NCBI GenBank assembly: GCA_963780185.1
Contig: CAWABA010000007.1
Coordinates: 128,001 to 192,000 of the forward strand
Source: Candidatus Bathyarchaeota archaeon
GTDB taxonomy: Archaea; Thermoproteota; Bathyarchaeia; Bathyarchaeales; Bathycorpusculaceae
Direction: 5' to 3'
Length of the DNA: 64,000 nucleotides
Below, in pieces: positions 37,944 to 47,647 of the stretch. The notes beneath the pieces were generated by a model that had not been told where the DNA came from, ran no database searches, and worked only from the letters and a program-made list of their open reading frames with translations. The translations under genes were made by a program, and so were the position numbers. Every line of letters begins with the position of its first letter. Positions within the stretch are counted from its first letter, which is position 1.

Positions 37944-39064
37944 AGTGTGTCACCTTGAATCTTCTTAAGTGCCGAAACCAACTTTGCGTTCATCTCAGGC
38001 AAACCCACCGTGACACGGAAGCAGTTCTCGTACTGCAGGATTTTGCCCCATTTCTTAAGCATAATCCCCCGCTTGAGCAGTTCATTGTTAACTTCGTCGG
38101 CGGGTTTCCGCGTGTTAACCAGCAGGAAGTTTGCTTGTGAATCGAATGCTTGCACGCCCTCGATGTCGTTTAGTTCCTTTATCAGTTTCTCCCGTTCGCG
38201 TTTCATTTCCCTGACAGAATCCATCATCATGCCAACATTGTCCAGCATTTTAGACCCCATCCTCAACGTGAAAGCACTCACTGGATAAGGCAACGGAGCC
38301 TTTTCCGTCAAAACTTTTGCCAATTCGGGATTTGCCACAGCGTAGCCAAGCCTCAAAGCAGCTAAACCGAAGGCTTTGGAGAAGGTTCTGAGGATAATCA
38401 TGTTCTGGAACTCGCGTATCCGAGGCACAAGAGAATAATCGGCGAATTCGCCATACGCCTCATCTAAAATGACGATTCCTGGGAATGCCTTGACTAAAGT
38501 TTCAACGTCTGCCAAATTGAATTGGGTTGAAGTCGGATTATTAGGCGAGCAAATGTAGAGCAGTCTGGTTTTGTCGGAGAATTTGGATAGCATCCCTTCA
38601 ACGTCAAGCTGCAGATTGCTCAGGAGCGGAACCGAGATGTATTCGCCTTGTTGCCGTTTAACGCAGAGCCTCGGAATACTGAATGTCGGCGCAAAAGAAA
38701 CTGCACTTTCCCCTTTCTCCACAAAAAGCCTAATTATTCGGTCGATTAACTCGTCGCTTGCGTTACCCACTACAAGCTGGTCTTTTGGAGCCCCGATATA
38801 CGTGGCAAGTTTTTCCCGCAGTTTGGCTTCTTCGTCTTCAGGGTACAGTCGCAAATCTATCTCGTCAGCTAATTCCTTAACAAGTTTGGCTTGCTTTATT
38901 CTGGGGATGAATAGGTTTTCGTTGAAGTTTAGCTTGATTATTTGTCTTGTGGAGACACCTATCTGCTTCGCCACCATTTCGGGTGACGCTCCAGCTGTGT
39001 AGCAGTCTATTGCTTGAAGCTTCGCTATTTTGTCTGTTAGCCATTTTCGGTATGATGTACTCAT
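37940..39064 (-). CDS. hisC: Histidinol-phosphate aminotransferase
   Basis: KLNFNEN, SPNNPT, DEAY, RTFSKAFGLAALRLGY. Confidence 0.95.
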   Translation of the reverse strand: MSTSYRKWLTDKIAKLQAIDCYTAGASPEMVAKQIGVSTRQIIKLNFNENLFIPRIKQAKLVKELADEIDLRLYPEDEEAKLREKLATYIGAPKDQLVVGNASDELIDRIIRLFVEKGESAVSFAPTFSIPRLCVKRQQGEYISVPLLSNLQLDVEGMLSKFSDKTRLLYICSPNNPTSTQFNLADVETLVKAFPGIVILDEAYGEFADYSLVPRIREFQNMIILRTFSKAFGLAALRLGYAVANPELAKVLTEKAPLPYPVSAFTLRMGSKMLDNVGMMMDSVREMKREREKLIKELNDIEGVQAFDSQANFLLVNTRKPADEVNNELLKRGIMLKKWGKILQYENCFRVTVGLPEMNAKLVSALKKIQGDTL

Positions 39065-40362
39065 TTTTCAAACCTTGCCTCTATTGCTTTGTAGTGATTT
39101 GGAAGATTTTCCGCTTCAGCCATAACCTTGATGCTGTCTCTTACCCGCTCCAAACCCGTTCTTGAACTCTCAACTAAGCTTACCCGACGCATAAAGTCGA
39201 AAACGGACAAGCCTGAAAATGCCTGAGCGAAGCCTCCTGTGGGAAGCACATGGTTGGTTCCGCTGCCGTAATCGCTTAGGGCAACAGGGCTATATGGACC
39301 CAGCAGTATTAAGCCCGCGGTCAGTCTATCTGCGATTTCTTTGGGTTGAGCGGTCATGATTTCCAAGTGTTCAGGAGCAAACTGATTAACTAAACCAATA
39401 GCCTCGTCCATGCTCTTGCAGATGATTATGAAGCCGTACTTGGCTAGTGCCTCTGACACTTTTTCGCTCCTTTCTGCTGAAGCCGTAAGCATTGCCAGAT
39501 TCTCTTGAACCTGCAACGCAACCTTTTCGGAAGTTGTTATGAGTCCAGCCACGCTGTCTCCGCCATGCTCTGCCTGCGAAACCATGTCAAAGGCGATGAA
39601 ACGCGCGTTAGCCGCCTCATCAGCCAAAACAAGCACTTCGCTTGGTCCAGCAGGCATATCAATCGCCACATCGGGTGAAACCTGAACCTTCGCAGCCGTC
39701 ACGTACTTGCTGCCTGGACCCACAATTTTCTGCACTGGCGTTATGGTTTTTGTTCCATAGGCTAAAGCCGCTATCGCTTGGGCTCCGCCAACCTTGTAAA
39801 CCTCGTCGACTCCGCAGATATCGGCGGCGACAAGAACAAGCGGGTTGACTCTGCCTTTTGTGTCTGATGGTGAACAAACTACAATCCTTGGGACACCTGC
39901 CACTTTTGCTGGAACCGCCGTCATGATAAGTGTGCTTGGGTAAGCGGCTTGCCCTCCAGGAACGTAGCAGCCGACGCTTTCGATTGGACGCAGAACAGTC
40001 CGAACCCAAAGGCCATCTGCCGAAGAGTTGATTTCAGTTTGGGTAAGCAACTGCTTTTGGAAAGCGGTTACCCTTTCTTTCATGAATTTTAAAGCAGAGA
40101 GTTGTTCAAGGCTGGTTCTGTTGTAGGCGTCCTTGGTTTCCTCTGATTTGACTTTGAGGGTTCGCAGAGATAAGTCGGCTTTGTCAAATTTTTGGGCAAA
40201 CTCCACCAACGCAACATTGCCGTTTTCCTTAACTTGCTTTATGATATCTTTGACGCTGGCTTCGAGTTCTTGAACTACCTTTTCGTCGGCTTTCTGCCGT
40301 TTAAACCAGTCTGCAGGCAACTCTTCCGATTTATAGACTTTCAATTGGCTTTGCTTCTGCAC
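39061..40362 (-). CDS. hisD: Histidinol dehydrogenase
   Basis: GCYVPGG, GGAQAIAA, DMPAGPSE, QAEH, APEHL, GTNHVLPT. Confidence 0.95.
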   Translation of the reverse strand: MQKQSQLKVYKSEELPADWFKRQKADEKVVQELEASVKDIIKQVKENGNVALVEFAQKFDKADLSLRTLKVKSEETKDAYNRTSLEQLSALKFMKERVTAFQKQLLTQTEINSSADGLWVRTVLRPIESVGCYVPGGQAAYPSTLIMTAVPAKVAGVPRIVVCSPSDTKGRVNPLVLVAADICGVDEVYKVGGAQAIAALAYGTKTITPVQKIVGPGSKYVTAAKVQVSPDVAIDMPAGPSEVLVLADEAANARFIAFDMVSQAEHGGDSVAGLITTSEKVALQVQENLAMLTASAERSEKVSEALAKYGFIIICKSMDEAIGLVNQFAPEHLEIMTAQPKEIADRLTAGLILLGPYSPVALSDYGSGTNHVLPTGGFAQAFSGLSVFDFMRRVSLVESSRTGLERVRDSIKVMAEAENLPNHYKAIEARFEK

Positions 40363-41348
40363 GATTTCTCCTCTCTTTTGCTGATTTCATCTAAAGCCAG
40401 CACCTGCCTCGGCTCGTACACCACTAAGCCTTGGGCTAGTTTGCGGATTTTTGGCAACAGCTCGATTAGGCAGTCTTTCTCGATGACTGTGTTGACGCTG
40501 ACCCATGTGTCATCCGCCAGCGGCGAGATGGTGGGGTTCTTTAATGCTGGCAACTCCGTTAGCAGTTTCTGCAGGTTAGACTTTTTGACGTTAACGAATA
40601 TGTGAATTCTTTTCGACCCATCCACGACGCCTTTGAGCAACGCCAATATATCGTGGATTTTTTCCCGTTTCTCAGGGTCCTCCATCGCCTTCTTGTTAGC
40701 GATAAGAATTGCCGCAGACCGCATGACGGTGTCTATGATTTTCAGGTTGTTTGCTTCGATAGTTGTGCCTGTTTCCGTTACATCCATTATGGCGTCGGAG
40801 TTTTCCGGCGGTTTCGCCTCGGTTGCGCCGAAGGAAAGGAAGATTTTGGCTTTCGGGTTGTCGCCTTTTTTCCACCAAGGCGTAACAAGCATGGGGTCGG
40901 CGTCGCCGAAACGCTTCTTGTATTGAGGGGTGCTCTTCAGATAGTCGGAAGCTATGTTGAGGTACTCTGTGCTTATTCGGAAGTTTTTGCCTTGGCTCCA
41001 GATGGATTCCATGAACTCGCCGATCGAGGTGTTTTCACAACTTTTTGGAACAGCTACTACAAGCCTGATTTTTCCGTATTCCAAGTTCTGTAGGACTTCG
41101 ACGTCGGCGCGGTTTTCCTTAACCCAATCTTCACCTGTGATGCCAAGATCCTGTAATCCTTCGCTGACAAACACGGGGATTTCTTGGGGTCTGAGAACCT
41201 TAAGTTCGATTTGTGGGTCGTTTATGCTGGGGCGGTATGTTCGTTCTGTTCCGCCGATTTTAAAGCCTGATTTAGAGAAGAATTCCGCTGTCGCTTTTTC
41301 CAGGGAGCCTTTTGGTATAGCAAATTTTAGTTTATCCATAATTTTCAC
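40341..41348 (-). CDS. hisG: ATP phosphoribosyltransferase, long form
   Basis: AIPKGSL, RPQEIP, DLGITG.D, GATE, ETGTT..AN.L; C-terminal regulatory domain. Confidence 0.95.
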   Translation of the reverse strand: MKIMDKLKFAIPKGSLEKATAEFFSKSGFKIGGTERTYRPSINDPQIELKVLRPQEIPVFVSEGLQDLGITGEDWVKENRADVEVLQNLEYGKIRLVVAVPKSCENTSIGEFMESIWSQGKNFRISTEYLNIASDYLKSTPQYKKRFGDADPMLVTPWWKKGDNPKAKIFLSFGATEAKPPENSDAIMDVTETGTTIEANNLKIIDTVMRSAAILIANKKAMEDPEKREKIHDILALLKGVVDGSKRIHIFVNVKKSNLQKLLTELPALKNPTISPLADDTWVSVNTVIEKDCLIELLPKIRKLAQGLVVYEPRQVLALDEISKREEKSCRSKAN

Positions 41349-41587
41349 CTAAATTTTTATAGAAACCTCTAAGGGTTTTTTGTTTTGCAAGAACGGTACC
41401 TGAAAGGAATGCGCCTAATGTCAAATAACTATTCGATTCTAAAGTTAGGCATTTTGGATTGCTTCTAATGAACGCAATCGCCTTGTATGAACGCAATCCC
41501 TCATCATATACCACTGAAAGACACCTGAACAACTGTCTTCCTAATAAATCGTACCCTAATATTTAACTTGTCAAAAAGGCAAAAGCG

Positions 41588-42196
41588 CTAAACAGAAGGC
41601 AGCTTGCGTTTTTTTAATTCAAAAACCAGCGGCGGCGACGAATTCCTTGTCTCCAACTCGACGCTTAGCAATCCTTCCATTATGCCTTTCCAAATTTCGC
41701 ATTCGTTGATGAATGGTGTTTTGAGAAGCAGAAATTTGTCTTTCAGGTAGAAGTCGCCGAAGCCCTGGGCTTTAAGCCGCTCAAACACTTTTTCCCAATT
41801 TGCCTGCTCGCTTGATTCCACCCCGAGCGTTGACCCAATTGAAACGTTGAGCGCTTCACCCATTTTCTTTCCAACCTCACGCCACTGCTCCTTAGGAATC
41901 TGCTGAGTCAGCAAATTGAATAATTCCACGTTTACAAGCGCCATGCGGCTTATTCCACAGTAGTATTCGCCTGGAAAATGCCAGTCGTAGATCATCATGG
42001 TTTTGTAGATGTCGAGCATTTTTGAGATTAACGGTTTGATTCCTGACTCTTTCCCCTCGGCGATTAGTGATTCGATGAATTCGCGTTCGTTTTTTTCAAG
42101 AATTATTGTTGTTCTTTTGGTTTCTTCGCTCTTGGTTTTGGGTAGAGATGGAGGGAGTCGGCTGTTCTCTTGCATACGGGTTATTTCGATGTGCAT
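41588..42196 (-). CDS. Hypothetical protein, possibly a regulator (RHH-like N-terminus, V4R-like C-terminus)
   Basis: KRTTIILE strand-helix-helix pattern; G..MG...GFG...G..EGLL pattern. Confidence 0.55.
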   Translation of the reverse strand: MHIEITRMQENSRLPPSLPKTKSEETKRTTIILEKNEREFIESLIAEGKESGIKPLISKMLDIYKTMMIYDWHFPGEYYCGISRMALVNVELFNLLTQQIPKEQWREVGKKMGEALNVSIGSTLGVESSEQANWEKVFERLKAQGFGDFYLKDKFLLLKTPFINECEIWKGIMEGLLSVELETRNSSPPLVFELKKRKLPSV

Positions 42197-42354
42197 ATTT
42201 AATATGTCTTATGTATTGAGGAAGAATATTCAAGATCAGTTTTACGCGCCAAACCCGATGAACAGTTAAATAAAACAGGTGCAGTCTCTATGCTTGCCGA
42301 TGAAGAAACTAAAAAGCTGACTGAATGATGCACTCTAGGGTATCTGAGGCAAAC

Positions 42355-42585
42355 TTAGACGGTTATCAGTTTCTTTCGGATGAGAAACGCCATCAGCGCC
42401 ATGCCTGCTAAGAAAACAACAAGGCCAATGCCGTCTGACGTGAAAGTGCCTACTTTTAGTTTAGTCAGCGCGTATGGAAAGTAAGTTGGACCGACAAAGA
42501 TTAGAAGCATAGAAAAAATAACTAAAGTTATTCTCCAGAACTTACTGTATATACCGGTAACTTTCAAGTTTTCATTTTCAGTCAT
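42355..42585 (-). CDS. Small two-TM membrane protein
   Basis: Two hydrophobic helices; follows the PAC2 gene. Confidence 0.6.
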   Translation of the reverse strand: MTENENLKVTGIYSKFWRITLVIFSMLLIFVGPTYFPYALTKLKVGTFTSDGIGLVVFLAGMALMAFLIRKKLITV

Positions 42586-42597
42586 TCGACACCCAAC

Positions 42598-43269
42598 TCA
42601 CTGTTCTTCTGGTGCATTGTTTTCTACCAAACCTTCTTTTATCTCTTTTCCTAATGCCTTCATCAAAAACTTAAAAACAAGAAACCCAGCCTCACGATCC
42701 GCCCTAAAACCCGTCGTTGTCCCAAGCAAACTGACGCCCTCAAGCTTCCGCTCTTTAGCCATCGCCAAGGTAAGACCCGTGCCACCGACGATTCTGCCTT
42801 TACTGTAAATTACGGCGCCTTTTTCCATAAACTCCCTTGCCAGCCTCGGCGAGGTCGCGGCGATGTAAACCTGCGCTTTTTCCTCCGTTATCGGTATCCC
42901 TCCCATTGTTACGATGAATTTGCAGCCTAAAGATTCAACGAAATCAATCACTTCTTCGGTAACCTCGTAGTGAGCAACCACATCGTCAAACGAAGGTTGA
43001 ATTTCACCCGTCATGATAACCAAATTGTTCTTCTCCACAGGAGCATAATAGAACTCGTAGCGGGGCAGGTGAGCAATGCCCTTGGAAGTTATGGAGACGT
43101 AATCGGGAAAACTCGGCGAGTACAGCTCGGCGAAAGGCTTGGCGCTGAAGAATTTTATAAGCAGGTGAGCCGCTATGCGGCCGACGTTGCCGAAGCCAGG
43201 TAGCCCCTGAACGAAAATGGGGTTCTCCAACGTTGGCTCAGACAGCTTACGTATATGTGCCTTATCCAT
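42598..43269 (-). CDS. PAC2-family proteasome assembly chaperone
   Basis: GLPGFGNVG, YSPSFP, TMGG, IVGGTG. Confidence 0.85.
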   Translation of the reverse strand: MDKAHIRKLSEPTLENPIFVQGLPGFGNVGRIAAHLLIKFFSAKPFAELYSPSFPDYVSITSKGIAHLPRYEFYYAPVEKNNLVIMTGEIQPSFDDVVAHYEVTEEVIDFVESLGCKFIVTMGGIPITEEKAQVYIAATSPRLAREFMEKGAVIYSKGRIVGGTGLTLAMAKERKLEGVSLLGTTTGFRADREAGFLVFKFLMKALGKEIKEGLVENNAPEEQ

Positions 43270-43365
43270 CAGCAAACACCAATGCACCATACAGTAAGGG
43301 TCGACACTAAAATGTTTTGTCAATAGCTATTCAATTTCACAAGGCTATTCGTATTGAGATAATAT

Positions 43366-43725
43366 TTAGGTTGGTGGGAATTCCTTGTCCAATTTTTGAA
43401 GCAGTTGCTTAATCGAGCGTTTCAAGGGCGGCAGGTCTTCTTTTATAGCCTTCCACATCACCTGCAAGTTTACGCCGAAATATTCATGAATCAGTTTATC
43501 TCGGGTGCCCGCCATCAATTTCCAAGGGACTTGGGGATATTTTTCTTTCGTTTCCAAAGAGATGCGTTTGGTTGCTTCACCGATAATTTCGAAGTTTCTT
43601 ACTATCGCATCGACGGTTTTGCTATCTTCAGAAAACTGTTCGAAAGTAAGTCCTTCTACATAATTCTGTATTTTTTCTATGGCGTCAAAAATATCGTCGA
43701 GATATAATCGGGAATCTCTTTTCAA
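43366..43725 (-). CDS. DUF86/HepT-like HEPN RNase toxin
   Basis: EIIGEA, PW..MAGTRDKLIHEY (Rx4H.Y). Confidence 0.9.
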   Translation of the reverse strand: MKRDSRLYLDDIFDAIEKIQNYVEGLTFEQFSEDSKTVDAIVRNFEIIGEATKRISLETKEKYPQVPWKLMAGTRDKLIHEYFGVNLQVMWKAIKEDLPPLKRSIKQLLQKLDKEFPPT

Positions 43726-44021
43726 ACGTAAATTGCCTCGTTTAATATGCTATTTTTTATCCGAGGCTTGAGAACATCCCGCATGACCAAATCAACCTTA
43801 ACACCCAGCATCTCGCTGAGAAAATTTTCAAGCTCAATATACCTGAACAAACTTATTGGTTCATAGAAATCAATTAAAATGTCAAGGTCGCTTGAGCTCT
43901 TCTGTTCGCCTCTGACATATGAACCGAAAAAGCCTATGGTCTTCACTTTGAACTTTTCTTTAAGCTCAGGCTTGAGCGGCTCCAATTTGTTTTTTAAACA
44001 ATCAAGTTCCAAAGTGACCAC
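43722..44021 (-). CDS. MntA-like nucleotidyltransferase antitoxin
   Basis: FFGSYVRGEQ..SSDLD, KVDLV. Confidence 0.9.
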   Translation of the reverse strand: MVTLELDCLKNKLEPLKPELKEKFKVKTIGFFGSYVRGEQKSSSDLDILIDFYEPISLFRYIELENFLSEMLGVKVDLVMRDVLKPRIKNSILNEAIYV

Positions 44022-44216
44022 AAGCAGTAATGAGGTAAGTGGTTGTATTTATTTTTTCAATAATCTAATAATGAGTTTGAAAAAACTTTAGACACATTAG
44101 CCATGAGTCCTAAACCCAACTGAGGCTTCATGGATGTAAGCGGAAGCTGGAAAAGAAACTATTAATATTTGACGCTTCACGTATTAGGATGCTAAAACCA
44201 ACTTGTCGCATGATAT

Positions 44217-44317
44217 AGCGGGGTGGGGTAGCCAGGATTAACCCGCTGGGCTCATAACCGCCAAATTGGCTGTGAGACACCCAGAGATCAGTAGTTCAAA
44301 TCTACTCCCCGCTACCA
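44217..44317 (+). tRNA. Initiator tRNA-Met(CAT) with 22-nt canonical intron (44257-44278)
   Basis: A1-U72 pair, GGG/CCC anticodon stem, CTCATA followed by intron, BHB helix CTCA/TGAG, encoded CCA. Confidence 0.92.
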
Positions 44318-44383
44318 AAATAACTTCTTAATTGTACATATATTTTAAAAAGAAAAAGGAACAATCCTTTTTTGTGATCCGAA

Positions 44384-44836
44384 ATGCCGCTTACCCACAG
44401 AGAGGGATTGGTGATGTATTGGTGTGAAGGGGACAGGTCTGAGGAAAGCCGAACATACAGAGCCGCCCTAACATCCGCTGACCCAAAAATCTTGGCGTTG
44501 TTTGTCCAATGGCTCGAAAAGTATTATGGCGTTGAGAGAGGTCGAATGAAGATTAGGCTTCATTTATGGCCAACCGCTGATGAGAAAGCGGCAAAGGATT
44601 TTTGGTCATCAACCCTAGAGATATCGCCAGATAATTTTACGAAATCCTGGTTAAAGCCAAGAGGTAGAAGCTCAAGAAAGCGTGTACATCCAAATGGAAT
44701 TTGCAGAGTATCGGTCTCCTCAAAGGAACTGTTGCGCAAAATAGTTTTTGACATAAATAATGAATTTAATTCTCATCAAGACACCTTCCCAAAACAGAAA
44801 GATGAATGGGAGCCAGTGAGCCCCCATGAAGTTTAA
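44384..44836 (+). CDS. Free-standing LAGLIDADG-like endonuclease-fold protein
   Basis: GLVMYWCEG helix motif, TSADPKILALF..WL, FWS..L.I....F.K, G.C.V.V. Confidence 0.6.
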   Translation: MPLTHREGLVMYWCEGDRSEESRTYRAALTSADPKILALFVQWLEKYYGVERGRMKIRLHLWPTADEKAAKDFWSSTLEISPDNFTKSWLKPRGRSSRKRVHPNGICRVSVSSKELLRKIVFDINNEFNSHQDTFPKQKDEWEPVSPHEV

Positions 44837-44869
44837 TTCAAAACTTGCAAATCAAATGTAATTCTGGTT

Positions 44870-45247
44870 TCATGCCCCCTTCGAGGATCTAAAATAGAAT
44901 ACTGCTACCAGCACTGCCAATGTTACCACTATCGTATCTGAAGCTCCTGCAAAATAGGCGCCATAGTTGCTAAGAATGGCCAGTCTGATTTCTAATGTAT
45001 ACGAAAGAAATGCAAATAACGTCAATAGAGCCTGCATGAATTTTTGCGCTAAGGATTTATACTCATCCCTAAGGTTTCGCTTGTCCTTTCGGACGTGCTT
45101 ATGCAAACGCAGCCACATCCAATTATAACTAAGTGTCTCGTTTATCGCAGGTATACCTGCTGTCGGTAATATAGCCTAGACGGCTACCAGAACCGTTTCT
45201 AAAACTAGTGCGGAAAAGAACCGCTCGCAATACTTATGTGCTGTCAT
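44870..45247 (-). pseudogene. Membrane protein gene interrupted by an in-frame TAG (45176-45178)
   Basis: GGAGG RBS and ATG at 45247, in frame with ORF 44870..45118. Confidence 0.4.
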
Positions 45248-45626
45248 TGTCTTCCTCCAAGATAGGGTCAAACTCATGTATTTTTCACTCCTAACGATTT
45301 AATACTCTTTAGGTTTCCTCCGAATTCTTTGTTTTTTCTAACTCGAACTTGCTTGATTTTCTGTTTTTATTAGGTTCAAACATTCGTTTTCACCGTATAA
45401 GCGTGTTATGGCTAACAAGATTTAAACCTTTTTATTTGATAAAAATTCGCTCAAATTACCTATTATTGTATATTCTTTTCAAACTTTTTTTGTACTTTGG
45501 CAAGCAAAGACTCGCTTTATATGATAACCTATTTTCATCCCAAACCGTCAGAGCAAGATTCTGCCATGAAACAACCCTTATGCTTTAACTTAGGCAGTAT
45601 TAGTCGGGCAAAATGTCTTCTTTAGA

Positions 45627-46517
45627 TTAGTTGCTGAGCGGTGGCGGTGGATTTTGGGTGTTTCGGTGTTTTCTATGATACAGCAGTGACATGGCAATTA
45701 TGATTAGGGATAGGGTTGCCGTTACTGCAACAAACGTGGCGAGGGGCACTGTAGTTGGGTTGGTGTTTTTGTTGGGTGCCTGAGGCATTGGAGTAGATGT
45801 TGAACTTGGCTCGGAAATTGGGGGTATTGTTGTGTTTGTTGTTGGTGTTGTTTGGGTCGGTTGAATCTGTGTGGTTGATTCGCCGTCGGTCACGATTACT
45901 GTTTGAGTATTGCTCCATTCGCTGTATTGGCCTGCGAATACGTAGACGTGCCCTGCCATCATGTAATCAGATGGTTCCATAGACCCAACTATTGCCTGCG
46001 CCTGAACTTCCAGTTTTGCGCCTGCTGGAACCCTGTAGACGCCTGGAATTTGGATTGTTATAGTTGTGTAACCTGAGTGGGATTGGCCCAAGTCTGCGGG
46101 AGATTCGGTGCTGTTGCCGCCAAACATTCCGCCGTAGCGACTTGTGGTCACTCCATTGAGAGCAAAGGGAGTGTAATCCCAATCCGTTCCATAAGCTCCT
46201 TTTATTCTGAAGTTGTAGTATAGGTTGGCTTGGTTACCGTTTGAGTCAGTGTAGGGGGTGAAGGGTTGGTTTTTGATGGTAAACTGAAGTGAGCGGTTGT
46301 CTATGTTGTAGCCGTCTTGTGTGACGATGGTGTTTCCTGTATATTGGTCGACTCCGTACGTTGGTGGAACATAATAGGAAAGGTTTACGTATTTTACGGT
46401 AAATTCTGGAACGGCCGGTTCACTTGTTTGTCCATATGCCGCTTGCAGGATTGTTAGGTTTGGGGCTGCTAAGATCAAAATTAAGAGAAATGGGAAACTT
46501 TTCTTTATTGCGCCCAT
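45627..46517 (-). CDS. Secreted, membrane-anchored protein with Thr/Pro-rich linker
   Basis: Signal peptide; PAVPEFTVK...IKNQPF...SEWSNTQT; C-terminal TM plus basic tail. Confidence 0.8.
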   Translation of the reverse strand: MGAIKKSFPFLLILILAAPNLTILQAAYGQTSEPAVPEFTVKYVNLSYYVPPTYGVDQYTGNTIVTQDGYNIDNRSLQFTIKNQPFTPYTDSNGNQANLYYNFRIKGAYGTDWDYTPFALNGVTTSRYGGMFGGNSTESPADLGQSHSGYTTITIQIPGVYRVPAGAKLEVQAQAIVGSMEPSDYMMAGHVYVFAGQYSEWSNTQTVIVTDGESTTQIQPTQTTPTTNTTIPPISEPSSTSTPMPQAPNKNTNPTTVPLATFVAVTATLSLIIIAMSLLYHRKHRNTQNPPPPLSN

Positions 46518-46565
46518 AATTCAACCTCTATGGATCGCTGTTATAAGAGTTCTCGTAAAACTTTC

Positions 46566-46597
46566 TTGACTACGGTTAGTCAAATTTATTTGACTAA
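46566..46597. promoter_or_regulatory. Triple alternating TTGACTA half-site element
   Basis: TTGACTA-cggt-TAGTCAA-atttat-TTGACTA upstream of the TATA-like element of the 46517 gene. Confidence 0.5.
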
Positions 46598-46652
46598 AGA
46601 TTTGTGCTCAAAACTACCTAACCGTCTCGCCTTTCCGACCTGAACGGCTATT

Positions 46653-47189
46653 CTATTCCAATAGAAGCATAGCAAAATATGTAGGTTTTTCTTCTTTCGT
46701 TTTTCTTACCTCAATCGTGAAGCCGTTCTCTCGTGCGGTGGCATAGACGTCGATGCCGCAGGCTTCCATTGAGGGTCTTGCGAGCCGTGGGTAGGTGCAG
46801 TTTTTGAGGTTGCATTTTTCGCAGCGTTGGCATGGTCCAAGGGCAACGCCGAAGGCTCGGTAGTGTCCCTGCAGGAATGCGGCTCTTTCGAGATTCGCAA
46901 CCATGTCCTGAGTTGCGGTTGATTCGTCGGCGACCTGCATTAGGATGGCGGTTGAGTAGCCGCTTAAAATCTGCTTCATCTGCTGTGGCGTGGGGCTGTA
47001 TGGGGGGCAAGTTAACACTTTTCCGTAGGCGCCGCAGCCAAACTGGCATTTCAGCCGCACCCAATCCGCGACGACAATGTCTTTTGCATCTATGAGCTTT
47101 GCTTCAACGCCGCCCATTGAGAGAGCAAGTTTGAGTAGGTCATCTTGATTTGGCTTAGTTTCGACCGCTTTTTTCATTTTCAAGCCCAA
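46653..47189 (-). CDS. DUF2284 Cys-rich metal-binding protein
   Basis: KCQFGC..YG...CPP, GPC..C..C....C.YP..ARPSMEACGIDV. Confidence 0.85.
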   Translation of the reverse strand: MGLKMKKAVETKPNQDDLLKLALSMGGVEAKLIDAKDIVVADWVRLKCQFGCGAYGKVLTCPPYSPTPQQMKQILSGYSTAILMQVADESTATQDMVANLERAAFLQGHYRAFGVALGPCQRCEKCNLKNCTYPRLARPSMEACGIDVYATARENGFTIEVRKTKEEKPTYFAMLLLE

Positions 47190-47357
47190 GCTGTATTCTA
47201 AGTGCGTTCAGAATATAAAACTAAAACATTTCGACTCTAATGCATTCTCAGAAACGCTTGCCTGCTTGTCTATTTGGATCCTTTAGATGCTCCAAATATG
47301 CTTTTTCAGCGGAAATCGCCTTTTTCGCGCATTTCAGCCACCACAAATTCAAACGTT

Positions 47358-47575
47358 CCAAGCCCCAAACCAAAAAAACAGCCCAAAATAAGCCTTTTTG
47401 AACCTGCTTAGTTGACAGGGGTACCCCATTTTTACATCAGAAAATCAAGGTAAAAATGGATTATAGACCGACGGGAGGGGGTCTAGTATTTACATCAAAA
47501 AACCAATGTAAATATGGGTCCGAAAGACCGATGGGCGGGTCTAGTATTTGTGACCAAAACCAACCACAAAAAGCC
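47358..47575. repeat. Dispersed non-coding repeat, copy 3 (inverted, with tandem degenerate units)
   Basis: GGGAGGGGGTCTAGTATTTACATCAAAAAACC and AAGCCCCAAACCAAAAAAAC are reverse complements of modules at 20.7 kb; second unit GGGCGGGTCTAGTATTT. Confidence 0.75.
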
Positions 47576-47647
47576 ATGGGGATGTCGGCGAAGGGAAAGT
47601 TTAAGAAAAACGCAAGTTGAATAATCTAACATTCCTCGGTGTTGCGG

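Noticed and set aside
44290-44317. tRNA-iMet 3' end as the att site of an integrated element
   Set aside because: No second copy of the tRNA 3' end was seen in the window.
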